Assembly: GCA_964036045.1 (NCBI GenBank)
Contig: OZ038378.1
Coordinates: 7,688,001-7,752,000, forward strand
Length of the DNA stretch: 64,000 nucleotides
DNA from: Eutreptiella sp. 'Long Island Sound 2002'
Lineage: Eukaryota; Protista; Euglenida
Reading direction: 5' to 3'
Shown here: piece by piece, positions 46,460-57,834 of the stretch
Layout: every line of letters begins with the position of its first letter
Numbering within the stretch: the stretch's first letter is position 1
Notes under the pieces: model-generated
Told to the model about the DNA's origin: nothing
The model's database searches: none
What the model saw: only the letters and a program-made list of their open reading frames with translations
Position numbers and translations under genes: made by a program

Positions 46460-47701
46460 GTCCTCCGGCTCTTCCGGGCCTTCCGTGTCCTGCGGGTCTT
46501 CAAGCGCGTGAAGAGCCTCAAGCGCGTCGTGGAGGGCGTGATGGTGAGTATGCCCGGGGTCTTCAACGTCTTCGTGATCATGGGCCTGATCATGGGCATC
46601 TGGGCCATCATGGGCACCGACCTGTACGGCCCGGCCATGGGGGAGTACTTCCACCGCTTCCTGGCGTCGTCCCTGACCATGTTCCAGTGCATGACCGGCG
46701 ACGCCTGGTCCGCGATCATGTGGACCACCCTCGGCATCCCCGGCGGCTGGTCCGCCTCCGTGTTCTTCCCCCTCTACGGCCTGGTCATCTGCATCATCAT
46801 GCTCAACATCGTCATGGCCACGCTGCTCGACCGCTTCGTCTCGTCGTACGTCCAGAGCGACGCCCCGCAGCTGGACCAGGACCCCATCGTGGCCGAGGCC
46901 GTGCGGAACATCGCGTCGGGCTTCCGGAGCCGGGGCTGCTGGCGGGGCTTTGGCCGCATGTGGTCCGTCCTCCGCGGGCTGCGGGAGATGGAGCGCCTGC
47001 AGAATTCCCCCACCGCCGCGCGGCAGCGGCAGGCGCGGCAGCTCTTTGGCCGCACCGCCTCGCAGCACACGGCCAGTGTCGCCGGAGCGCTGGACGGCAG
47101 TGGCTCTGCGCTGGACGTGCGCGACCGCAGTCGCTCGACGCCACGCGTGGACGCCGGCAATCCGCGCCGCTCCGACGACGGGCTGCGCGGCCCGGGGCAG
47201 TCGCACGCTCCCGATCCCCAGGGCGCCGCCCCCGCCGACACTGCCCTCGAGGGCGTGTCGGGCCGTTCCGACAGCCCTGGCCCCGGGGCTGCGGGCGGGA
47301 CCGATCCCGTGTTGGTGCTCCCGGCGCCCCCTGGCGCGGCTGCGGGGCCGCCGCCCTCCTCCTCCTCCGGCATAGATTTGGCGTGGGGGGACCCCACGGT
47401 CACGCCCCCCCGCGCCGACGCAGACGCAGGGCTCCAAGTCTCGGTCCTCACGCCCCCGGACGCCCATCCCCCCGACGATGACCTGCAGTGCGTCGTCGAG
47501 CTGATCCTGCAGCGGCTGGCGGTCTCGGACGAGTTCATTGCACAGCAGCAGTGCACAGTGCTGTCGGCGATGGAGGGCTATGAGTCGCGGCTGGAGGAGC
47601 TGGAGACGTTGTGGCAGTCGATAGGGGGCGAGATCGAGGGAGGGGGGGCGGTGGCCGTCGGGGGCCCGGGGAGCGGCGGCTCCCGAGGCAGCAACCGCTG
47701 A
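46460..47701 (+). CDS. Single-domain voltage-gated cation channel, exon 2: S4-S6, pore, long linker and C-terminal coiled coil (full CDS ~566 aa)
   Basis: S4 RLFRAFRVLRVFKR (RxxRxxRxxRxxK); S5 VFNVFVIMGLIMGIWAIMGTDLY; pore SSLTMFQCMTGDAWSAIM; S6 VFFPLYGLVICIIMLNIVMATLLDRF; C-terminal helix LSAMEGYESRLEELETLWQSI; stop codon at 47699-47701. Confidence 0.92.
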   Translation, partial: VLRLFRAFRVLRVFKRVKSLKRVVEGVMVSMPGVFNVFVIMGLIMGIWAIMGTDLYGPAMGEYFHRFLASSLTMFQCMTGDAWSAIMWTTLGIPGGWSASVFFPLYGLVICIIMLNIVMATLLDRFVSSYVQSDAPQLDQDPIVAEAVRNIASGFRSRGCWRGFGRMWSVLRGLREMERLQNSPTAARQRQARQLFGRTASQHTASVAGALDGSGSALDVRDRSRSTPRVDAGNPRRSDDGLRGPGQSHAPDPQGAAPADTALEGVSGRSDSPGPGAAGGTDPVLVLPAPPGAAAGPPPSSSSGIDLAWGDPTVTPPRADADAGLQVSVLTPPDAHPPDDDLQCVVELILQRLAVSDEFIAQQQCTVLSAMEGYESRLEELETLWQSIGGEIEGGGAVAVGGPGSGGSRGSNR

Positions 47702-48049
47702 AGTGCGATGGGCGTGTTTGCGGGGATGTTGTGCAAACATGTGCCCAGCCCCCCCCCCCCCCCGACACTCGAGGGTCTGTGCACATGATGGAGCGGCCAT
47801 GTCTGTTCTACAGCAGAGACTCATCGGTGCATGTGGATCCGCGGCTCTCGTCTGGCTGTTCCTCCCCCTTGTCCGTAAGGTGTTTGCTCACCTCCGGACA
47901 TGCTGGAGCCCAAACCCTGCACCATTTTGCATGGATTTCTTTGCTCCAACGCGACGATCCGCACGAGTTCGAGGATGTCAAGTAACCCCTTGTTCCGAAA
48001 CTGTCGGCATGCATCATCAGAGAGCAATATGCACAAACTCCCTCCCTCC

Positions 48050-48056
48050 CTCCCTC

Positions 48057-48090
<34 letters not shown>

Positions 48091-48108
48091 CCCCCCCCCC
48101 CCTCTCTC

Positions 48109-48145
<37 letters not shown>

Positions 48146-48146
48146 A
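48050..48146. repeat. (CT)n microsatellite with a central poly-C
   Basis: Directly visible. Other simple repeats: (CA)n at ~24490-24513 and ~50484-50537; (GT)n at ~36308-36332 and ~54328-54366. Confidence 0.95.
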
Positions 48147-49627
48147 CTCTCATTTGCAAGTGCTTCCAGCAAACCGGCCAAAATATTTCCCCTGGAAACG
48201 ATTTTCTCACCCATGAATGACCGCATTCGAGGAATGGTCAGTGTGTTCTGGGCATGATTTTGCGGTAAATATGTTGCGGTACCCCTACCCTCCTTCCCAG
48301 CCCCCCTCGAGGATTTCGTCCCCTCGGCAAACCAACTAGTACGCTTTGCAGCCTTGAACATTAATCCCCTCCCCCCTCCCCTGCCCGCCCCTGAGCTCGA
48401 AGCCATAGGAGCGTGGCCTGGCCGAGTGAGTGCAGCCTGAAAAGCACCGTGCCCACAGCTCCTGTACGTATATGTGGAGTGTATTTGGTATGAAGCCATC
48501 GGCGACAAAACACCAACTCAGTCGAACATCGGTGGTTAGCAGCAAAACGCGGGGGATATACCTTCCCCAGCCCCTTCGCAGACATGGGCTAGGCCCAGTA
48601 AAAGTGCGGGAACATGGGGTTGCTGTGTTTTGACAAGCCCATGTCAACGCAGGGGGCGGGAGGTTATAGCTCGCCGACCAAATAATTGGGGGCAGTGACT
48701 CCAACGGGGCTGAGCGCCTACAAACCGAGAATGCTTTGGCCGTGCTGTATCCCGCTCTGTGATTTGAATGCGTTGTTGCAGCACCGCCCCCGAATTTTGT
48801 GGGCTTTGGTCACAGGAGCCCTTTTGGAAGTTTGGAGTCCAGATGGGCTTGTGCAGAATGAGATCAACCATCCAGGAAACAGGCAGGGGCATCCATTTTC
48901 GTTGTGTTTAGCAGCATCTCACTTGCTTGTGTGGGTCCCGTGTGTGTGTATGCAAAGGTGGGGCTGGGATGCCTAACCCGCGATGGCATTTGCGGTTTGC
49001 TCACACGAACACCCCCCCCCCCCGCCCCTCAAAATGACTAGGTCAAAGGGGTGAGGGGTCTGGGTGGATGTAGTCTTGGGTGGATGGGTTTGACGAGGAG
49101 CACCCGATGCGTGCGGCGCAGCAATTAGGGCGGCCGTGCACAACTCGGCAGGAGTGGCAAGAGCACAGTGGAAAGTGTGAAGCAATTCGGCGGTTCCCGC
49201 GACAGCCACCTCAACACTTGCGCGGTGCAGATGCACGGCGCACGTACGTCAGCCTCCAGAGCCCTCCTCCGTGTAGCCCGACGCTGATCCCTCACCCCCT
49301 TTGCTATCTCTCCGTCCGCGTCTCTCATCGCTCCGTCCCTGTCTCATCCGGCATGCCTGTGTCAGCGTTCTCCCTCAAAAGACAGTTGTCTCCATTGGCA
49401 AGCAGCGCCGCGGATCAATGAAGACCGTGTCGATGCCAGTGAGAGATTTTGGACCTGAATGGACCCATACCCTCTTGACTGTGAGGCTGTCTGTCGCAGG
49501 GTGGTCCACCCACGTTTCACCCCTTGGCCTACAGCGATTTGGTCATCAGTAAGCTCGAGCTTCATAGCCCGCTCCATGTGGTATTCCCCACGGCACTCTC
49601 ACGCGTCCGTTCCCCGCGTGCTCCATA

Positions 49628-50402
49628 CCCCCCCCCCCTTGCGCAAGCACGGCCTTGTCTAAGCACGAAGACCCCGTGTGACCGTTGTTTTGATGGATTT
49701 TTCTGACCACGGTTTTTATGGTCAGAAATTCATTGTTTCGTGATTGTGCGCTGATTGTACAGGGAAAGAAGGGCTGGGTCATGTTTGTGATGGTTCCTCT
49801 TGCTCACAACAACATTCTGATTGGTACTGCAACCCAATGGTAATTTTTTTGCTGTGGTTTTTAGCCATGAAAAATGTTGCTATCGCTGGCTTGGGTGTCA
49901 CATACATCCGATCCACTGGTGAGCATGCACCTGCCACCATCATTGGTCCTTCTACGCGTGGAGATGACTTCATTCATTTGAAGTACATGAGGAATGGGCA
50001 ATCTTTACTTCACCAAAGATATTGTTGATGACAGTTTTGTCCCCAAGAATAGGAAGCCTAAACCTATTTCCAAACCTGCAGCCAAGCCTGCTCCAAAGCC
50101 TGCCCTGAAGGGGAAACATGTGCAACTATTTAAGATGAAGCGCAAGGTTGGAAAGGGTTTCTATTCCGTACCCGTTGATGGGCAGTGAGGACACGAGGAC
50201 CATGCTGAATTTTGCCTACACGTTGTGTTCTAGTGCCATGTTTGTGAGTGATGTGCTTGGTGTGGGGTACGGGCAGGTTTTCTGTGTGCAGTGTCTCTTT
50301 GTGTTGCGCGTTGCGCGCAAGCACGGGCTTGTCTAAGCTCGGGGACCCCGTGTGACCGTTGTTTTTCTGACCTTGGCCGTGCTTGCGCAAGGGGGAGGGG
50401 GG
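49628..50402. mobile_element. ~775-bp TIR element (C-run+TTGCGCAAGCACGGCC ... GGCCGTGCTTGCGCAA+G-run) with an internal direct repeat and coding-like cargo
   Basis: The ~22-bp TIR is read directly. GCAAGCACGG.CTTGTCTAAGC.CG..GACCCCGTGTGACCGTTGTTTT is repeated at ~49643 and ~50317. Flanks are ATA and TTA (TSD ambiguous). Confidence 0.82.
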
Positions 50403-50481
50403 TTACGGCCCATCATGGGCACGCTCCTTCGGCTTGAGGCTTTGGAACCCTCCCCCATAACTACAACGTGGTCCCACAAAA

Positions 50482-50538
<57 letters not shown>

Positions 50539-53500
50539 CTCCTGGCCGCTCGTTCGTCATATCCAACGGCGGTGCGCCGAGAGATCGGCGGTGGTTCAGT
50601 GGGCCACCGGCACAGCACCAGAGCCTGAAGTCCTACATACGTTTCTTTGAGGCAGCAGGAATGCCAGTTTCTTCCCCACACCCACCCTCCCCACGCCCTT
50701 GCGGCACCCCAACCCCAGTGCTTCAGCAACAGGCACTGGATGATCCGGAGGCCGGAGAACCCGGAGTGGTTTCCCCAGACCCCGAATGATGCCCCGCTTT
50801 GTCTCAGCGGGGCAGCCACGCGCAGCACGGGCAGGACCTCAAATTCGTCGGAGTACTCTCCTCAGGAGGTGAGTGCGGCCGACGTCCCACAGCGAACACC
50901 GCCAGACGCCTGGGACCTGTCGTCGCAGTCCACTTCCATACACGCCTTTAAGTAGCGCACAGGCACAACGAATGATCAAGAGGTCCAGGAGGACAGGCAG
51001 GGCAGCGAGACAGCGGCTCTCGTGAGCCGTAACCCTTCCGCAAGCCGCTGGACCTTTCCCAGCACATGAGCTCCAGCAGGCCCCATGGGCTCCAGCCCCG
51101 CGACCGCCGACAGCACAGTGGACTCGCCCAAAGGAGCCTCCACACAGGGCAGCACGGAAGCATGGTGACGGGATGCAGGGTGCAGTAGGAACACAGACTC
51201 CACTCCCTCTTGTTGCATGTATGCCAGTGTCTCTCAAGGCAGTTTCCTGAAGCTTGTCAACGGGGCGCAAGAACAACAGAACTCATGCTTCGGTCGATTA
51301 GCAGTACATCTTAGCTGTTGAACCTCGCAGTTTGAGCATGATTTGAAGGATTGGGGCGTCACACACGCACGCACGCACACACGCACGCACACACGCACAC
51401 ACGCACGCACACAGACACAGACAACGAAACCATTCCCATGAGCCCCCCATAAACCAACCCATTCCCATGAGTCCAGCCAAAAACCAACATATGTGCCTGC
51501 AGGGAGGCAAAATGCCAGGCAGTCGCCTACGGCCCAGAACCCGTTTGACAACCACCAGACCTTGCCCCACGAACCACTTTTCTACCGGTGGGTGTTTGGT
51601 GTTTGGGCAACCGCTTTTGAAACCTGCCTTCAGCCTGTCCTGAAGCCTGCTGCCCCTCAACCACATCGCTGACTGTGACGTGTATTGCATTTCTGCTTCT
51701 TTGCTTGTCTTTGAAACTTTGATCCGTTTGATTTGACTGAGGGGTTGCCTCGGATGCTCGTCAGCAACGGACCCACAGCATGCTGCCGTCCAAAGGGTAG
51801 TTCCTGTGCTTCATCCTCCATCCTCTCTGAACCTTTCTGACCCCTCCTCTGACTGTGTTGACCCCAGCTCTTTTCTGCCCGCCGGGCGGGGGGGGGGGGG
51901 GGCGCTGTGCTCATTGGTGTCCAGACTTCAACGTATTATGCAGACTACCTGACTGTCAAATGAAGGAAGGGGGTGAGGGCAGGAGCTGTTGATTGATTTG
52001 CAGAGTCTGCCTGGCAGCTGCAACAGTACCGCTGCGGACTTCGCAGGGTTGAGGAACTCTAGTCATAGTTCCTGCAGTGCCAGTGCCAGATAGAAAGAGG
52101 CATGGTGTCAGCTTGACAGTGTGTTCTCTGTAGGTCCCCAACTGATCCAGTCGCTTGTCACCGCAGAGCCGAAAGGCGCCTATGGTACCACTGACGAGGA
52201 TTTTCTTGTGCTGACGTGTGTTGGCTCTCTGTGACCAGCACACCACACGCCACCATACGGGGGGTGCCCAGGCACTAACTAGTGAAGAGCAATTTCCAGG
52301 GCTTTTCGGCCAGATGGCAGATGTTTGGCCACAAACTGCGCTGGACTTGTGGTCTGGGGCCCCATGTTTCTTTACGCGGGATACACCTCTGGTGCAGTGA
52401 CCCCCGCTGTCCTCCGCCAGCACACCAGTGCACGGGATTCACGATTGTTGGCTCCCGTATCATCCGGCAAGTACTCCTTACTCAGTTCCCACAGTTCATA
52501 GCTGATCACCTTCGGTGCTCATGGCGTGACGTTCATCTCCCATCAACAACAGCAATCTTGCAGAGCAGCGATGAAAGGGACCCCCCACACCCAAGCCTGA
52601 CCCAAGATAATCGTCCTCCATGTGATTGGCCCCCAGAATGGACAATGTTTCCCGCAATCGCACTCAGGTCGCAGAATGTGCACAGTACCCTAATCCGGGT
52701 CTGCCAGCAAAGCGCACACAGTACTGTCTCCACAAAGCTGATATTTGGAGAGTCATCAAATCAAAATACGCCCGAGGTGTCCAGCTGGTTTTTCCTCTTG
52801 ACTTTCTCGTTGTCAGTGCTGTGGTTATTGTCCGGCGGTGACCTGGCATAGCCCCGCGTTGTGAAGACCCGAGGCCAGACCCCTGCAAGGCCATATGCAC
52901 CGTCTAGGCAGTCCATGCAGTCTGCGCAAACAGTTTTGCGCGGTGTGCCCCGCTTTTTGTTTTGCTTCTTTGACCTCCTGTTTGCATTACCATTTACAAA
53001 TATTATCCCCTTGTCGACGACTTATTTTACTGTGCAGTCCAGATCGGTTTGACACGCAGCCACTGCCATCAGTTGTCCATAGTGGCGTTGCTCTTGAGAA
53101 GAGTTGTCATTAATCGGTGTCATCGCTGGGCTCCATGACGCCCCCCAACCCCCACCCACTTCGTCCTACATTGGGCCTGTCCAAACACTGCGACACCGTG
53201 TTGCCGCCGCTGTCTGACGATGGCGGTTTCTGTCGCAACAAGACCACTGCACGTCCCACGCGCAAGCGCGGCAATGGCCGAACACAATACCCCCGTGTTC
53301 CCATCATTTTCACGCATTTGGCCCGTGTCAGGACAAGGGGGGCTGAGGGTTCGCCCTGCTGTTGATGTTTGGTTGACCATAAGGCAGGCTCCCGTGCTTA
53401 ACACTGTGCCTCATGATTCGTCGCCCTGCGTTTCTTGGCATTCTCGGTTCATAAAATGCTTCATTTCCGTCAATCCAGCCAGCCAGCCTTGTTGAGGGAC

Positions 53501-54320
53501 AGCGACCCCATCGGACTGCACTCCTTGTGGTCCAGACTGTGAGATGCCACGGATGTGAGCTCACCTCCACACCATCTCGGTCCCAATATTCAGTTGTAAT
53601 TGGGGTTAGGGGACCTCTCTCCAGTACCGGCCTCACACAACTCTTTTTTCCCTTTCTGTTCAGGACTGCCCCGGGGGGGGGGATCTGTACTTTGCCGCTG
53701 TCGTATGTTGCTTCCTGCCTTGCTTCTCCCTTTTGCTATGAGAGGAAACTGCCTTCATGAGCCCCTGATACTGCTTGCCTGGAACGAAGCAATGGTCTGT
53801 GAGTGGAGGGGGGAAGCTTTTTTGTGCAAGTACCCATATATGCAGCTCCGTCTCCAGCAGTGGTGCTGGAGACGGGCAATCTTGTCACTGATGTATGCCA
53901 GCACCAGCGATGACAGTTTTCCTCGAGTTGCAGGGGGAGTCATCTTGAGCCAAATGTACCCGATGCTGCTGAGTTTTTGTGTTGCACCGAGCCAACTTGA
54001 CGAATTTTGCTGGACTCATTTGACCCACTATGATTTATCCTTGTGACTTTACCTGTGACTGTAGTTGACTGTTTGGAGAAAAACAGTCGATTGTTGTCTT
54101 TGGCTTTGCCTTCCCCAATGACCAGCATACAAACCTGCCTGTTTTACCAGGGGCACTACTTTGTCGGGGCAGCAACAGCTGGTTTGCTGGTCCACCACCA
54201 ATGGCGATCGGTGGTGCGCCATGACTGCCGTCCAGTTCTGCATGTTCTGCTGAAAACAGCGGACACCCAGACCTTACGCCAACATTCAAGTGCCATGCAT
54301 CGGCTTTGGTACTTGGCACA

Positions 54321-54369
<49 letters not shown>

Positions 54370-56130
54370 AGTTTGCGTTATGCCGCTGGGATCACCCTTC
54401 AGGATGGACTCTCTGAATATAATTCCGCCTTCGGCTGACAGGTGGGGTGCTGCAGCGCCGCAACTGCCTGGCCATGGCTGCATGTTCAGCCCGACACATG
54501 ACACATTCCAACTACTGACCCCTATGTTTCTCTACATTGCTGCTCTCAAGCACCGCTGCCTGCAGAAAGGCGCCTCGCCGCCCATGGTCATGACATCTCT
54601 TAGACTGGTGGAAGGCCTGACGAGAATTGAGCACTCAGCGCCCTTTTTAGTGCCTGTTTGTCGCGTGATATGTGTGTGTTTGTGTGTGTGTGCGTGTGTA
54701 CTTTTGTATGTAGGGTGTGTAGGCGTATGTTCATGGCCACGTAAAGCTTTCAAGGTAAGCCTTCCCGGCGAGGCGAAGCCCTGACCTGCCTACACGCGCT
54801 TCACAATTTGGCTGAGTTGGGAAGCGATCCTCCAACGCAGTGAAAAATTTGAACGTCCATTCCACACAAGATTACTTGACGCTGGGCACACCAGACAAAC
54901 CACAGAGCGCTTGACCTGAAGGCAACCCCCCAGCCCCAACAACAACCAGGGCTTTTTCGACGCACCACCTTCCCCCAAAAATAACCAAAAACACTCCCCA
55001 AAATGTACCATTTTGGGACCAGTGCACCACACCACAGCCCAAATGTACAGCAAACCAACTATGCCCATTCCCAGTCACAGCAAAACGTGTGAAGCCACCA
55101 GAAATACACCCATGTCCACCTCGACATGGGACCACAAAATCAATGAGTCCAAGAACATGAAAAAAGCACCTGGTGTCTTTTGGACACCGCATTATTTGTA
55201 CAACAACAAAAGAGGGTTGAGGAATGCTACCCCTTGTTATTCAGATCAATTACCCTCGCGCGGTCCGACGTGGTGTTGCTCTTCGGACAAGCTATTGGCC
55301 AACTTTCGACGCCTTTGCTAAGTTTTGCACCAGGGTGGGGTGCTGCCACGTGGTTCCGGTCTTGTTGTCAGAGATTGCCTTTTGGTGTGGCAGTTGCCGA
55401 ACCCTACTATGTTGTTTTCTATGTGATGCATCACACGTACATACCCCTTGAATGCAAATTTTTTGCATTCACTTAAGATGAGTATTTTCTAAGTGTTTCC
55501 GAATGCAGAAAGAAAGACATTTTTCGGACATGTACCTCCCATTGATGGCACTCATGCAGCATGCTTTTGCACCACATTCTTGCCCACCCGCTCCAGTTGT
55601 GTGTGCATCAATCCAGCCATCGCATTTGCGCTTCTATGGGTTCTCAAACGATTCAAGGGAACGTGAAAGCCCGTTTGGCCCATGGCTACGGGTGCCACAC
55701 AACAGCACATACCAATGTTATCAACTATCCAATAACCCATGTGCTTGCCCATGCGGGGTGGCACCACATCCATTCAACACTCACCATAGCGTAGTTTCGC
55801 CCTCCATTCTCAACGTCACCGTGAAACTACAACCATGGGGGAACGTCAGCGCGCCGGGCATCTTTTTGGACCCGTGCCCCTCTAGTGGCCTTTTAGGGGG
55901 TGCGCTAAGGGGGCGCACTTAGCACAGTGCAGCTATTTGGGCGCCTGGCTGTACTAGAGACCCACACTTTGAGATACTAGGAGCATCATGGTGACCCCTA
56001 GCGTAGGTTTTGACTTCTGATTTTGTCTCCTTTGTTGGGGACCCCCGAGAATGCAGGGGTGACGTAGCATTTCCGCCCTCTATTGGGCCCCAACCTTCCG
56101 GTGCTATTGAGGAAACCGGGACAATCTTTG

Positions 56131-56318
56131 AATCCACGCTTTGTTGCGTGGCCCCTCGAGTTGGGGTTAGGGACTCACAATCCACGCTTTGTTGCGTGGC
56201 CCCTCGAGTTGGGGTTAGGGACTCGCAATCCACGCTTTTTTGTGTGGCCCCTCGAGTTGGGGTTAGGGACTCACAATCCACGCTTTGTTGCGTGGCCCCT
56301 CGAGTTGGGGTTAGGGTC
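56131..56318. repeat. 48-bp tandem repeat x4 (AATCCACGCTTTGTTGCGTGGCCCCTCGAGTTGGGGTTAGGGACTCAC)
   Basis: AATCCACG at 56131, 56179, 56227 and 56275. Confidence 0.95.
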
Positions 56319-56319
56319 T

Positions 56320-56595
56320 CACGCGGAATGTTCGGAGGTTGCCTGGCGGCAGAGTGTTGCCCGTGCTCGCGAATACCTTAACCATGTTGTTCAAGAGATT
56401 CGATGGGCCCACAAGTTGAATCCTTTCAACCATTGTCCCCATTTTCCATTCTTTGTGACGCATTTCACAGACTCCATGCCCATCGGTTCCATTGGCGGGA
56501 TATGGAGTGCAGACCTGTGGAATCCTAAGTATGCGTCGCATGTTTACAAGGTGACTGTTGCCGTTGATATGTTGGGCAACATTATATGGATTTGA
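56320..56595 (+). pseudogene. PIF/Harbinger (IS5-like DDE) transposase fragment
   Basis: VTHFTDSMPI...LWNPKYASHVYKVTVAVDMLGNIIWI* resembles the first catalytic Asp region (iDgt.i...yN.K..h..k.q.v.D..G.I..v). It is truncated by a stop, and the later D/E residues are not visible. Confidence 0.6.
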
Positions 56596-57666
56596 CACCC
56601 ACACTTGTGGGACCAATGTTGTTTGTTAATTACACTACAAATGACATTTGGAGTGGTTGAATGCACAGATCCTTCTCTTTTTTGCAACGTGCTTTGTATG
56701 GAAGGTGTGCAGTGCAATGTGGTCTACTTGGGGGGCTTCTCCATGGGAGGCGCGCGCCGGGCAAACATTCCCCCCATGAGGCATGCCCGAGGAGAGGTTA
56801 CATGCCCCAATTTGGAGTCCCGGGCTGTTGTCTATCGGTAGCTTCCCATTCCAAGCATTTTGTCGCTCATTCGGCCAATGTCACCATAACATAAGTGTTA
56901 TCGTGCTCATTGGGAACGGAACGTGCATTGCATTGTGCTTACCACCCTTGGAATTGCTGCCGAGCAACCTATTTTTTCCTTTCAGCGTGGCTCTTTTTCC
57001 CTTGACAGCTGCTACAACACATGATGTCATTTCACCGCCCGTCCATTGTGGCACGCCGAGCACATGCGCTGTCACGGTGGGCTTCTTCTTTTCCGTGCGG
57101 CGTTTATTCGGCCTCGGGCCTTGGGTCCACTTGTACCCATACGCTTCAACCTCCATCGGCTTTGCAGCAATGTGGATGATCATCACTGACCTGCCCAAGG
57201 GAGCCCCGTCGGGTGTCTTGAGGAACTCCTCCAAGCTCACCTTCCGCAACTTGCTAGCCAACACCTTTGGATGGACATGAGGGGCATGGTGCTGATGCCA
57301 GCAGACATTGCCCTTGTGAAACAAATCATGAGCATGCGGGACAACATCCAAGCCAGCAAAATTGTCCTTTTGAACGGACGCAAGGGGGGAGCCTTAAGCG
57401 CAGTGCGCACACAGTGCAACTATTTGGGACTCTGGCCGTACTGGAGCCCCATACTTTGAGATAGTAGGGGCCGCTAGGGGCATCATGGTGACCCCTAGCA
57501 GAGGTTTTGCAAGGCGTAGCATGTTTGGGTCAAGGCATGGCAAGGCGTAGCATGGTTGTGTTAAGGCATGGCAAGGTGCAATGCTCGTGTGCACACATTG
57601 ATCTATCGTGCTTGCACATATGCTACAGGACTTCATACCCCCCCCCTCCTTTCTTAGACACACTTC

Positions 57667-57834
57667 ATGGATTTGAGTCTTGGCGATCGGGTGTTCTACA
57701 CCCGCTCCAACGGCGTGCGAGTTCCTGCCACGGTGGTTGGGATGGCGGGAGATGGGCTCATCCACTTGGAGTACTACCAAGATGCACTACGGGTGGTTAA
57801 TCGCCAATGCAAGATGGAGTCCATGTGTACTTAG
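57667..57834 (+). CDS. 55-aa micro-ORF, homologous to the cargo ORF at ~49885-50028; unknown function
   Basis: MDLSLGDRVFYTRSNGVRVPATVVGMAGDGLIHLEYYQDALRVVNRQCKMESMCT*, open from ATG to stop. Expression unknown. Confidence 0.3.
   Translation: MDLSLGDRVFYTRSNGVRVPATVVGMAGDGLIHLEYYQDALRVVNRQCKMESMCT

Larger units (their letters stand above)
55908..57510. repeat. Diverged ~105-bp direct repeats (~55908-56010 and ~57395-57510)
   Basis: Shared CACAGTGCA.CTATTTGGG...GTACT.GAG.CCCA.ACTTTGAGATA...GCATCATGGTGACCCCTAGC..AGGTTTTG. The core GCAGTGCGCACACA.TGCAAA also occurs at ~58049 and ~62113. Confidence 0.8.

Noticed and set aside
46304-47824. 506-aa minus-strand and 380-aa alternate-frame ORFs
   Set aside because: They are shadow ORFs of the GC3-rich channel exon 2.
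50640-54780. Possible scattered exons of a further gene (e.g. 50976-51218 minus, GTGAGT at ~50869, 53755-53943 minus)
   Set aside because: No recognisable domain or consistent splice chain was found. RNA-seq is needed, and small exons with nonconventional introns could be missed.
56131-56318. Interstitial telomere (TTAGGG)
   Set aside because: There is only one TTAGGG per 48-bp unit and no tandem telomeric run.
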